NCBI GenBank assembly: GCA_963715865.1
Contig: OY970280.1
Location: 960,001 to 1,024,000 of the forward strand
Direction: 5' to 3'
Source: Candidatus Bathyarchaeota archaeon
GTDB lineage: Archaea; Thermoproteota; Bathyarchaeia; Bathyarchaeales; Bathycorpusculaceae
DNA: 64,000 bases
The notes under the pieces were generated by a model. The model did no database searches, had not been told where the DNA came from, and was given only the letters and a program-made list of their open reading frames with translations. Made by a program: the position numbers and the translations under genes. Below, piece after piece: positions 55,661-64,000 of this stretch; the stretch's first letter is position 1; every line of letters starts with the position of its first letter.

Positions 55661-56199
55661 AGGTTTATTATATACGGCGCTATGGTTTCCTTTGTTATTT
55701 TTAGCAACCCAACCGACGGCTTATTCAGGAAAGACGCAGGGTCAGTAGGGCTTCCCGGATTAATATAGAGGATTTTTCCTTCCCATTTTATGCTGGAACT
55801 ATGAGTGTGCCCATAGACAAAAACGTTGAAACCGTTCTGTTTAGCAATTTCAACCATCTTGCCCGAGCCAAAAAGAATGTTTGGGTCATGCCTGACGCCT
55901 ATTTTCCAATCGAAAATTTTAAGCGAGTTAAGTCTAGGTAAGGCGCCGCTGACTTCTGGGCCATCCATGTTGCCGTGAACCGCTAAAACTGGGGCAATCT
56001 GCTCCAAGTCATCGATCACTGTTAATTCCACTAAGTCGCCAGCGTGTATAATGAAATCCACATGTTCGAAGATTTCAAAGACTTTCTTGGGAATACATCT
56101 TGCTTTTTTAGGGACGTGCGTGTCTGAAATTAAGCCGATGATTTTAGCCGCTTCGAAATTTGCTGCATCCCGACTAATTATTGTTTGTGCGCTGGTCAT
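55657..56199 (-). CDS. YfcE-family metallophosphoesterase
   Basis: ISDTH, HAGD, GNMD, HD, GHTH, INPGS. Confidence 0.93.
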   Translation of the reverse strand: MTSAQTIISRDAANFEAAKIIGLISDTHVPKKARCIPKKVFEIFEHVDFIIHAGDLVELTVIDDLEQIAPVLAVHGNMDGPEVSGALPRLNSLKIFDWKIGVRHDPNILFGSGKMVEIAKQNGFNVFVYGHTHSSSIKWEGKILYINPGSPTDPASFLNKPSVGLLKITKETIAPYIINL

Positions 56200-56357
56200 T
56201 TTGCGGTTGACACCAAGATAGGTGTTATCTTGCTTGTTAGAAAAGGTAATGTTAGTATAAAAAATTTTACATTTTCAAAAATTTAAAGCATAATTTTAGA
56301 GTTAAGAACATCCCCTTTCGTTCAGCCTAGGCGTGGCAGGCAAGTATAGCCTTGTTT

Positions 56358-57716
56358 TTAACTCATGAATCTTTTCACAGTTTCATAGAGTATACTTGTT
56401 CCGTAAACAAGGTTTTCTATAGTTATTCGCTCGTCGATGCCGTGCATTCGTTTGTTTAATTGGTCGTTTGGCTCGTCTGGGATCATTGGTTGAAAACCAT
56501 AGCATATGCTGCCGTTTTCTCTAAAGAAGCGCGAATCAGTTCCGCCTGTGGTTAAAGTCGGCGTTACTCCGCAGCCAGGTTCAAACTCTCTTAGAACCTG
56601 TGTGATAGCATTGTAAAGTGGTGTTTCTGTAGTTGATTCTGAACCGTCATGCGCTTGTATAATCTCAAAAGTTAACTTCTCCATGCCCACATCTTTCAGA
56701 AGATCTTTGATTAAATCAATCGTTTTAGTCACGCTTTGCCCAGGGAGTATCCTGCAATCAAACACTGCTTCGCAGTCTGAAGGTATAATGTTCTCTTTGA
56801 CTCCACCTTGGATCATGGTTGGTGTTATGGTCATTTTGGTTCGGGGCCTGATTTCTTCAGCTAAAGCCCTATCTTTTTTTGCCAACTCGTCTAGGATTTT
56901 TTCGCTTTGCTTGGGATTGGCAAGTAAACGTGAAAACGTCTCGTTAAGTTCAGGGTTGTGCTTTGCTATTTCCGCAAGGAACTGTTTGAGGGTGGGGACA
57001 TACATGGTTTCTGGCTGGTAATTTCCAAGGTTGTTGATGACTTTGTTCATGCGCACAATGGCGTTGTCAGCCGTGTTAGGCGTGGAACCGTGACCTGGGA
57101 CCCCTTTCGCTTTTATTTTGAGCCATAAAATTCCTTTTTCTGCCGTCTGCACGGTGAAAACGTTGCCTTTTTTTGTGGGAGTGGCTAATCCTCCACCTTC
57201 ATTTAGAACGTATGGGCACCAAATTTTCTCTCGATGATGTTGCAGAAGGTAGCCTGCTCCTTCTTCGCCGCCTTTTTCTTCATCCGCTGTAGCCGCCAAA
57301 ACGACGTCGCCTTTGAGTTTGGCATTGTTTTTCTTTAAAAGTTTCATGACGAGCACTTCAATGGTCGTCATGCTTTTCATGTCTATGGCACCTCTGCCAT
57401 AAACGTAATTGTCCTTAATTATACCACCAAACGGGTCAACGGTCCATTCGTTTGGGTTAGCTGCAACCACATCGAGATGCGATAATAAGAGTATGCGGGG
57501 TTTTTCACCTGTGCCCTTAAGCCGCGTGATAACGTTGCCTCTTCCGGGCGCTGACTCGATAATTTCAGTTTTGAAGCCCTCTTTAGCTAAGTATTGTGCT
57601 ATGTAGGTGGCAGCTTGTGTTTCGTTGCCTGGAGGATTAGTTGTGTTTATGCGTATTAAATCACTGAGGAAATGAGTGATTTCTTGCTCTACCTCTTTTA
57701 AAATTTGAAATGGCAT
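56358..57716 (-). CDS. M20/M25/M40 family metallo-hydrolase
   Basis: SHLDVV, GRGAIDMK, DEE.GG, NEGG, GGTD, HGIDE. Confidence 0.94.
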   Translation of the reverse strand: MPFQILKEVEQEITHFLSDLIRINTTNPPGNETQAATYIAQYLAKEGFKTEIIESAPGRGNVITRLKGTGEKPRILLLSHLDVVAANPNEWTVDPFGGIIKDNYVYGRGAIDMKSMTTIEVLVMKLLKKNNAKLKGDVVLAATADEEKGGEEGAGYLLQHHREKIWCPYVLNEGGGLATPTKKGNVFTVQTAEKGILWLKIKAKGVPGHGSTPNTADNAIVRMNKVINNLGNYQPETMYVPTLKQFLAEIAKHNPELNETFSRLLANPKQSEKILDELAKKDRALAEEIRPRTKMTITPTMIQGGVKENIIPSDCEAVFDCRILPGQSVTKTIDLIKDLLKDVGMEKLTFEIIQAHDGSESTTETPLYNAITQVLREFEPGCGVTPTLTTGGTDSRFFRENGSICYGFQPMIPDEPNDQLNKRMHGIDERITIENLVYGTSILYETVKRFMS

Positions 57717-57862
57717 TGCTTTCAGAGCTCCTGCATGTTGTCTAGTGGCTTTTTTCTCTTAAGAGTTGCTGTTACTGCTGCCCAGTAAAAATGGGCGGAT
57801 TTTTCGTTTATTCAACAATGATGTTTATATATGATGTCAAAAACGCTAGTGAATAGTAAAAG

Positions 57863-58378
57863 TTGATCAAAATGAAAGAACTGAAACCTATAGACTACAA
57901 AATTCTGTTTGAATTAATGAAGGATTCTCACAGAAGCGATAGGCAACTAGCAAGATCCCTAGGTGTTTCCCAACCTACTGTAACCCGAAGAAGAGCCATG
58001 CTTGAAGAAAACTTCATCGAAGGATACACGGTTATACCAAAGTTTGGTCAAATCGGGTTTGAGATAGCAGCTTTCACATTTTTGAAAAGCAAACTTAAAT
58101 TTAAAACAGGCGAGGAAAAAGCTCAGGCTTTAAAGAAAATGAAGGAGTGGTACATGAAACAACCCAATGTTATTCTAGTTTTGGACGGAAGAGGAATGGG
58201 TTGGGATACTGCCTGCATATCGCTTCACGAAAACTTCGCAAATTTCGCCGAGTTCATAAGGGCGCATGATTCAGAACTATCTGAGTGGGTAGTTGAAAGC
58301 CAAACCTTCCATGCTGACTTGAAGGCTGGAATCGTAATCAAGCCATTCCATCTTAAATATTTGATAACACCAAAGTAA
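57863..58378 (+). CDS. Lrp/AsnC family transcriptional regulator
   Basis: D.KIL.EL......SDRQLA..LGVSQPTVTRR. Confidence 0.9.
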   Translation: MIKMKELKPIDYKILFELMKDSHRSDRQLARSLGVSQPTVTRRRAMLEENFIEGYTVIPKFGQIGFEIAAFTFLKSKLKFKTGEEKAQALKKMKEWYMKQPNVILVLDGRGMGWDTACISLHENFANFAEFIRAHDSELSEWVVESQTFHADLKAGIVIKPFHLKYLITPK

Positions 58379-59301
58379 ATTAGCCCATAAACTACCTTAC
58401 CTTGATGCGTAAGGTGGTTAACATGCTCTTTGCGTTCTATTTTCTTTTTTTAACAAGAATGGTTGCTGCAATGGATTTTTGGTTGGAATAGGGTAGGCTT
58501 TTTGCTAGGTGATTTAAACATCAAAAAGCGGGTAACCCTACTTTTTTGCTATTGAAAATAGGTCTAAAAAGTAGGTAGGTAGGGTAGGCGCAATTTAGCT
58601 TGGATGTTTCAGTAGCAAAATGAGGGGAGGGGGGAGGGTATGCTTGGGTAATTTCGCTTTTTAAACAAGCCTTTGTATGCTGGTTATGAACACATAGCTA
58701 AAAAGCATTTTCTCAGCTATTAATTTAAAAAATTAGACAGAATAGAAGGCACCGATTGTTTACCTTCTATTTATTTTTTTTAGCAGCCGCTTTTTTGGAA
58801 GCTTTGGCTTCTTTGTTCTTTCTACATCCACGGCCAAACCAATCAACCCATTATTATAATTAGTTGTTAACTACATATAAGGCTTGATATGTCGAGCAAT
58901 TAGAGCCACGCAACACAGTTTAGCGTTGATGTGAGAATAACCGCAACACAAGTTTAAATCGAGTTTTCAACCATCAGTTTTGGTTTCGAGCGTCTTGGAA
59001 GCTTTCTATGGCAAACAGAGCTTATAAGAACATGAAGAACATGACGATTATATCTCAATTGGCAAAGATGAAAAAAGTCACAAACGGGCTTAGTGTTGGA
59101 GGGGCTGGTTTTTGTTTGTTGGCTACTCAGTGCCATCCGTCATCGAGGAGAAAGGAGAAGGCTTCGAAAACGGAAAAAGGTTTATGGCTTGAGTGATTTA
59201 GCCTTCGACCTAAACTAGCCCTCCAATCACTAATAAGACTTAAGATACTATAAAGTGCTTATAAAGCTTATGAATCAAAAATAAAGTTTAAAAATACTAA
59301 C

Positions 59302-59868
59302 TTAGCCTATAGCTAAAATACCTTCCAAAATATTCTTTTCAGGAACATTCAGCTGCTTAGACAACCAAGTCTTCAGAATTGAAGAAAACTTTGGAAGCGC
59401 GCCGCTATAAGTAATAATCTGGTTACCCTTAAGCGCATCAGCTTGGAAAACCTTTTCATCCTCTTTATAGCTAAAGGACAACGTTTGAGCTTGGAAAGCT
59501 AAAGTTTGGAAATCTTCCCACTGCTTACACCGCAAAATCACAGAAGGCCCACTTTGAACTACCGCTGGAGGCGCAGCCTCACCCACCTGTTCCTTAACCG
59601 CAGCAGGAAGGGCTTCTTTCTGTGCGCCTGATAAGTAACTAATCAAGTTTGTTACTTCTTTTTGTAAACTGTTTATTTTTTCCTCAACTTTTTCCACTTT
59701 ACCGACTAATTCACCGGTGTCGCCAAGTTGCTCGGTAACCGTCGCTAACTCATTAATCAGCTTATCTAAGTCTTTCTCATGCTCTTTGAGCACGTTCACT
59801 ATAAAATCTAAAGCCTCTAATGCTTCATCTTTCGATTGCGGAATCTTCGCCAATCTATCTACCCCCAA
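59302..59868 (-). CDS. Conserved hypothetical coiled-coil protein
   Basis: N-terminal heptads followed by an alpha/beta domain. Confidence 0.75.
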   Translation of the reverse strand: MGVDRLAKIPQSKDEALEALDFIVNVLKEHEKDLDKLINELATVTEQLGDTGELVGKVEKVEEKINSLQKEVTNLISYLSGAQKEALPAAVKEQVGEAAPPAVVQSGPSVILRCKQWEDFQTLAFQAQTLSFSYKEDEKVFQADALKGNQIITYSGALPKFSSILKTWLSKQLNVPEKNILEGILAIG

Positions 59869-59983
59869 CTATCTGACAACTCAATATACGAAACTATAAA
59901 TAAACATAGCGAATTCTCAAGTAATATCACAGCAACGGCATACCTATACTTATTGGCAATTATTTTTTCTAATATATGACGAT

Positions 59984-60805
59984 TTACGATACTACATCTA
60001 ATTTACCTTTTCCACGCCTGTCCTTATGAATAAAGTAGCCTACTGCCACCAACGCCACGGTTGTCCCAAGTGCTATTGCATATGCAACCGCAAATGGAAA
60101 GCCTAAACCCTCAGGGCTGGTTTCTGGAGGCGTAGATGCTTTTTGTTCAGGTTGAGTAGCATTTGCTGGAGGTGCAACTGGTTCAGTGCTGGTCTCATTT
60201 TTTGGCGTAGTGGTGGGTTGTGTTGGTATGGGCGTTTGTTGCTGAGTCGAAGATTGCGCTGTTGAGTTATTTGACGACAGTATCCCCGCCAATGGTCCTG
60301 GGGCAGGATATGTTGGTTGGCTTATAGTCACCGGGATCGTACTCATGGTTATTGAAGTAATCATTGCTATCCACATGTTGCCGTTATATTCAGGAACAAT
60401 CAAACGTAGCATTTCAGACAGAGGCGAATCATTCAACTGGTAAGCGATGATTACATTCGACTGCATGGCCTCCTGTAATGGGATGCTGACTGCGTATCCG
60501 TCTGAAGCTTGAAAAGCAACTGAAGCTACTGCCGGGTCCAGTCCTGCTTGCTGAAGCAAATAGCTAAGGCTTACTCCACCCCAGTTGCCACTGGTTACCA
60601 GACTGCCGTAACAATAAAGGTTAGCGCTTACATTAGTTTCAGGCATTGCCCTAAGTTGATCGTAAGTATAGGTAACAGTGGTGCCTGCAAGATTGCTCAC
60701 CTGTAAATTCCATTCTGTTTGGGCTGAGACTCTTCCTATTGGCGTTATTAGTAGCAATCCAAATAGTGTTAGGAGAAGGCAGGTTTGGAGAAGTTTCTTT
60801 TTCAT
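59984..60805 (-). CDS. Surface-anchored sulfite-oxidase/MsrP-like molybdopterin-binding domain protein
   Basis: Signal peptide, LYCYG (Cys ligand), W.GV.L..LL, ASDGY, RLIVP...G..W; T/P stalk and TM anchor. Confidence 0.8.
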   Translation of the reverse strand: MKKKLLQTCLLLTLFGLLLITPIGRVSAQTEWNLQVSNLAGTTVTYTYDQLRAMPETNVSANLYCYGSLVTSGNWGGVSLSYLLQQAGLDPAVASVAFQASDGYAVSIPLQEAMQSNVIIAYQLNDSPLSEMLRLIVPEYNGNMWIAMITSITMSTIPVTISQPTYPAPGPLAGILSSNNSTAQSSTQQQTPIPTQPTTTPKNETSTEPVAPPANATQPEQKASTPPETSPEGLGFPFAVAYAIALGTTVALVAVGYFIHKDRRGKGKLDVVS

Positions 60806-60950
60806 TTAATTCCTTCATTTGATTTAAATGCTAATTGTTGACAATTGTCATACTTTTAAACTTTTATTAACAATATAGAAAAAACAGCACTTACTAGCTT
60901 TGAGCAGATTTGCTTTGAAACAGGGAAAAAGTGAACTCAGGGTTTTATTA

Positions 60951-62063
60951 TTAAAGCTGTTTTAGCTGTTCCTTGAAAATTCCTCTGCTCTCTTCGATAA
61001 CGCTTTCGCGGTCGCTTTCAAGACCCATTTTATCTATGTTGCCCTTAAGCTCGTCAATGTTAACTTTAAAGTTAGTCTCGTTAGCCAAGTTTTGCAAGAC
61101 AACTTCAAGCTGAGTATTCTCTTTTTTGTTTTCTTTATCTCCGACCACCTTGCCAAGTAAAAGGTCATTTAACGTGTAATATGCTAAAATCAAGGCTTTC
61201 GCGTTCTGGAAATTCGGTTGATTCTCTTTAAGGTCATCGTTAAGGTTTAAGCCGTTAAAGTATTCATATATCGTTTTTAGGATGTTATAGGCTTCTTTTG
61301 AAGTTCCTTTTGGAACCTGCCTTTTTATGGCTGAAGAGACATTTGAAAAGTCCAAGCTCAAAGGCGGCATCGTTTGCCCTGTGAAACTCAAGTTCTCCCC
61401 AAAACCTTTAGAGTGGTCTTCTACTTGTTGCCAGTTAATTCGCTTTGTTTGCAAACTAATCAGAACATCAAACGATGAATCAATGATGCCTATTGAAGCA
61501 TTAATTACCCCTAATAGTTCATTCCTTCTTAGAGTGGCTTTTTGTTTGTTCTCCAACGATTTCTGATGCTCCTCAAGAATTCTGTTTACTTCATCACGCA
61601 ATTTACCTAATGATTCAGCCTTTTCCTTCATGAAAAACGTGTCAGTAACACCCTTCCATGTTACGCTTAGCTCATTCCCAAAATTCTCAACGCTTGTTAT
61701 TTCGTAAACGGGAATTTCCTTAATGGCAACCCATCGTTTTTTAAGGAATCCTTTTGCAACAAAAAATTTGACAGTATTATCAATAACCTCAACTTTGGTT
61801 ACGGGAATACCCTTCGGCTTTGGCTTCGGCTGATTTTCTTGAACAGCTGAATCGACGAGTTTTCTTTTTGCTTTTCTTCTATGAACAAAAAATGCAAGCA
61901 AGATGCATGCACACACGGCACTTGATATTATAGCAATCAAGAGAATGTAGGGATATTCAAAAAGTCCTGGCAAAGTAAAAGCCGCAGAAAAGGGAAATGC
62001 AGTCATGTAGCTTTCAAAAATGGATTCCTGACGTTTAGCCGTTGAGTCAACTTGGTTTGTCAT
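60951..62063 (-). CDS. Hypothetical membrane-anchored protein (PH-like + helical domains)
   Basis: One N-terminal TM segment and a long soluble region. Confidence 0.7.
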   Translation of the reverse strand: MTNQVDSTAKRQESIFESYMTAFPFSAAFTLPGLFEYPYILLIAIISSAVCACILLAFFVHRRKAKRKLVDSAVQENQPKPKPKGIPVTKVEVIDNTVKFFVAKGFLKKRWVAIKEIPVYEITSVENFGNELSVTWKGVTDTFFMKEKAESLGKLRDEVNRILEEHQKSLENKQKATLRRNELLGVINASIGIIDSSFDVLISLQTKRINWQQVEDHSKGFGENLSFTGQTMPPLSLDFSNVSSAIKRQVPKGTSKEAYNILKTIYEYFNGLNLNDDLKENQPNFQNAKALILAYYTLNDLLLGKVVGDKENKKENTQLEVVLQNLANETNFKVNIDELKGNIDKMGLESDRESVIEESRGIFKEQLKQL

Positions 62064-62181
62064 GTTGTGTCTTGTCTTTTATCGATTTATTAATTTATAA
62101 ACTAATGCATTACCCAAGTTGATTGATACTTAACCGCACGCTAAATCAATAGTGCACACTTTAGAGCCAGCTTCTGATGAA

Positions 62182-62252
62182 GGCTAGGGACATTTGTTCG
62201 TTCGCGTAAAAGTTTTGTTCAAACAATCCAGCTCGGCAAAAGAAGCCTTGAG
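62182..62252 (+). repeat. Dispersed ~70-bp repeat, copy C
   Basis: GGCTAGGGACATTTGTTCGTTCGCGTAAAAGTTTTGTTCAAACAATCCAGCTCGGCAAAAGAAGCCTTGAG. Confidence 0.92.
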
Positions 62253-62456
62253 CATGAAGTCATGCATGTTCCGAGAAAAGTATATTGTTTATGGATAAAG
62301 AAAATTCAATAAGGATTCCATGTGCACTTAATCGCTTTCGACACGCAAGCTAACACGCATGGAGCACTGTTGCTTTCAGGCTTGCAAGAAGCGTGCGCTA
62401 CAACAAAAGAATAAAGATTAACTAGTTTTTTGTGCGTCTTTGCCTTAAGACTGTTC

Positions 62457-62584
62457 GTGTGTGCGCGCAACAGCCTACCCCCGGTCTACTATATGCTCCT
62501 AATAGGCTCCAAATATAATTCAACATAGTTCAACATAGAATTAACTCCCGCACTTTCAACATGAAATAGCGCTCTTTCTACATG
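62457..62584 (+). repeat. Second TTCAACAT-box block
   Basis: Boxes at 62519, 62529, 62555 and TTCTACAT at 62576; spacing 10/26/21 versus 10/27/21 in the first block. Confidence 0.9.
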
Positions 62585-63002
62585 TGAAAAGTTTAGTTAT
62601 GTTGGTTGTAGACAAGTTTTTAGAGTTTTCCCGAGCTAAGTAGTCTTGAAGGCGGAAAGCATGAACAAAACAGGTTTTGTGCCCTCCTCAACTTAAAATG
62701 GTAAAACCCATAAAACTTGTTGGAATGCTGCTGCAGAAAAAAGTATACTTATTTGGGAGTGAAAAGTTGCACACTGTTAATGCTGCTATTTTCGATAACT
62801 TACAAAAGACTGGAGTTGAATTTTTTGGCTGGTTTATGTATATTTTCCAGCTTTGAGCAGGCATAAGTTTAATTTTTTTCTACAAACTCCGTTTACAGGT
62901 TTTTAATAACACCTTGCTTTTGATGTGTGCAGGTATACCAGTATAACAGTTAAGATGTAGAAAGCCATAAATCGTCATAGCTGAAATATAAGATTGATTA
63001 AA

Positions 63003-63164
63003 ATGAAACCTCGAGAACGGTTGAGTACAGAAATTGACGGAGAGGTGTTACGCCAGTTCAAGCAATTAGTGATTCGGAAGCATGGCAAATTGAGAGGCAA
63101 CATGACTAATGAGGTAACTATGGCTTTGCAACTCTACATTTCAAATTTTAAGGAAGAGAGTTAA
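63003..63164 (+). CDS. 53-aa ribbon-helix-helix protein
   Basis: Manual translation MKPRERLSTEIDGEVLRQFKQLVIRKHGKLRGNMTNEVTMALQLYISNFKEES. Confidence 0.75.
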   Translation: MKPRERLSTEIDGEVLRQFKQLVIRKHGKLRGNMTNEVTMALQLYISNFKEES

Positions 63165-63166
63165 AC

Positions 63167-64000
63167 ATGGCAGTCTTGGGGTGGTGCAACAATTGTAATG
63201 TTCCAATTCTAGACGCTGGCGATTGCGGAATTTGTGGTTCAAAAAGCAAGGTCATCAGATCTTGCGAAGTTAAACCAATATTCGACATTGAACGAGAGAA
63301 AATTAGAGGGTTGCTGGCTGAGCAAGGTTTAGATCAGAATCTTCTTCCTATGAGTATTAATTTCAAAGATGTAATTGGATACATCATAACTGATGGTATC
63401 AAATCCCTTAGGCTCGCTTTTGAGCCTGAAAACAATCATTGGTATGTCGAAAAAACGAAGACTTTGGAAAAAAAGAATGGAGAGTTCAAAGGGTCTGACC
63501 GCCAAGTGATGATAAGAGCTAATGAACACATACTAAAAGAGAAAGAAAGAGAGGCCTGTGATTTCATAGGCAAAGTGATGGAGGAGAATTCGAGAATTCC
63601 TCTAGCGGTTTCCTTTAGCGGAGGCAAAGACAGCACGGTTGCTCTGCATCTAGCAAGGCAAATTCAAAGCGATGTTGATGTAGTTTTCTTGGATACTACA
63701 ATTGAGCTTCCTGAGACGGTGGAATATACCAAAGAACTTGCCAAGCTGTGGAACTTGAACTTAATCTCCGTCAGGCCCAGCCATGATTTTCTGGAACTTT
63801 GCAAACTCATTGGTCCGCCTAGTAGATTCATGAAGTGGTGCTGCAAGACTCAAAAGTTCTCGCAGATGAATAAACTGCTTCACGAGAGATACAATGAGGG
63901 CGTAATAATGGTGAGAGGAATAAGAGCGGCCGAATCAGGGAAACGTGGAAAATACATGCGGGTTGGCAAAATGAAATATACTCCGAACGAAATCATTGCC
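63167..64000 (+). CDS. PAPS-reductase-family protein with N-terminal Zn ribbon (runs off window edge)
   Basis: Manual translation: WCNNCNVP...CGICG, SFSGGKDS, FLDTTIE.PET, WCCK..K, GIRAAES; open to the window end. Confidence 0.9.
   Translation, partial: MAVLGWCNNCNVPILDAGDCGICGSKSKVIRSCEVKPIFDIEREKIRGLLAEQGLDQNLLPMSINFKDVIGYIITDGIKSLRLAFEPENNHWYVEKTKTLEKKNGEFKGSDRQVMIRANEHILKEKEREACDFIGKVMEENSRIPLAVSFSGGKDSTVALHLARQIQSDVDVVFLDTTIELPETVEYTKELAKLWNLNLISVRPSHDFLELCKLIGPPSRFMKWCCKTQKFSQMNKLLHERYNEGVIMVRGIRAAESGKRGKYMRVGKMKYTPNEIIA

Noticed and set aside
451-61566. Numerous antisense or overlapping ORFs in the track (e.g. 543-791, 10020-10271, 16540-16902, 44490-44765, 56683-57021)
   Set aside because: They lie opposite well-supported genes and lack motifs of their own.
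62174-62230. Hammerhead ribozyme core (CTGATGA) before repeat copy C
   Set aside because: No stem II-GAAA element follows, and CTGATGA is absent from the other repeat copies.
1-64000. CRISPR array associated with the Cas1-like relics or the Cas2-like gene
   Set aside because: I saw no series of 24-47-bp repeats with unique, regularly sized spacers. The 18-bp motif copies are hundreds to thousands of bp apart.

Overview
Archaeal chromosome segment, most consistent with Bathyarchaeia/TACK. Support: an eL38-like ribosomal protein, a Cren7-like chromatin protein, Tsr3, Hjc, short-form PurA, and CCA-encoding tRNAs including a tRNA-Phe with a bulge-helix-bulge intron at 30/31. Housekeeping blocks alternate with accessory DNA. 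(1) The main find is an 11.4-kb integrated element (37237-48614) bounded by a 12-bp att repeat in the last codons of a JAMM protease gene. It encodes an atypical tyrosine integrase, an AAA+ replication ATPase, a Cas2-like protein, several RHH/AbrB regulators, two structured non-coding regions and a full-length tail tape-measure protein, but no recognisable capsid, portal, terminase or tail tube. It is a candidate archaeal virus satellite that supplies its own tape measure. (2) A separate island (about 13.4-18.3 kb) has an intact orphan terminase pair and a convergent RelE-like/Panacea (DUF4065) pair. (3) Six copies of an 18-bp motif (GTTGATGCTTTTGTATAC) cluster at 2.9-11.2 kb around a 1.75-kb ORF-poor region, a candidate origin or centromere-like locus. 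(4) A dispersed non-coding repeat family with phased TTCAACAT boxes marks core/accessory junctions, and two 3'-end relics of solo Cas1-like genes bracket a cargo block. (5) A DUF2400-like/endonuclease fusion and a divergent pair of RHH paralogues are also present. No CRISPR array or rRNA was seen. All family assignments come from motif recognition by eye, not database searches.
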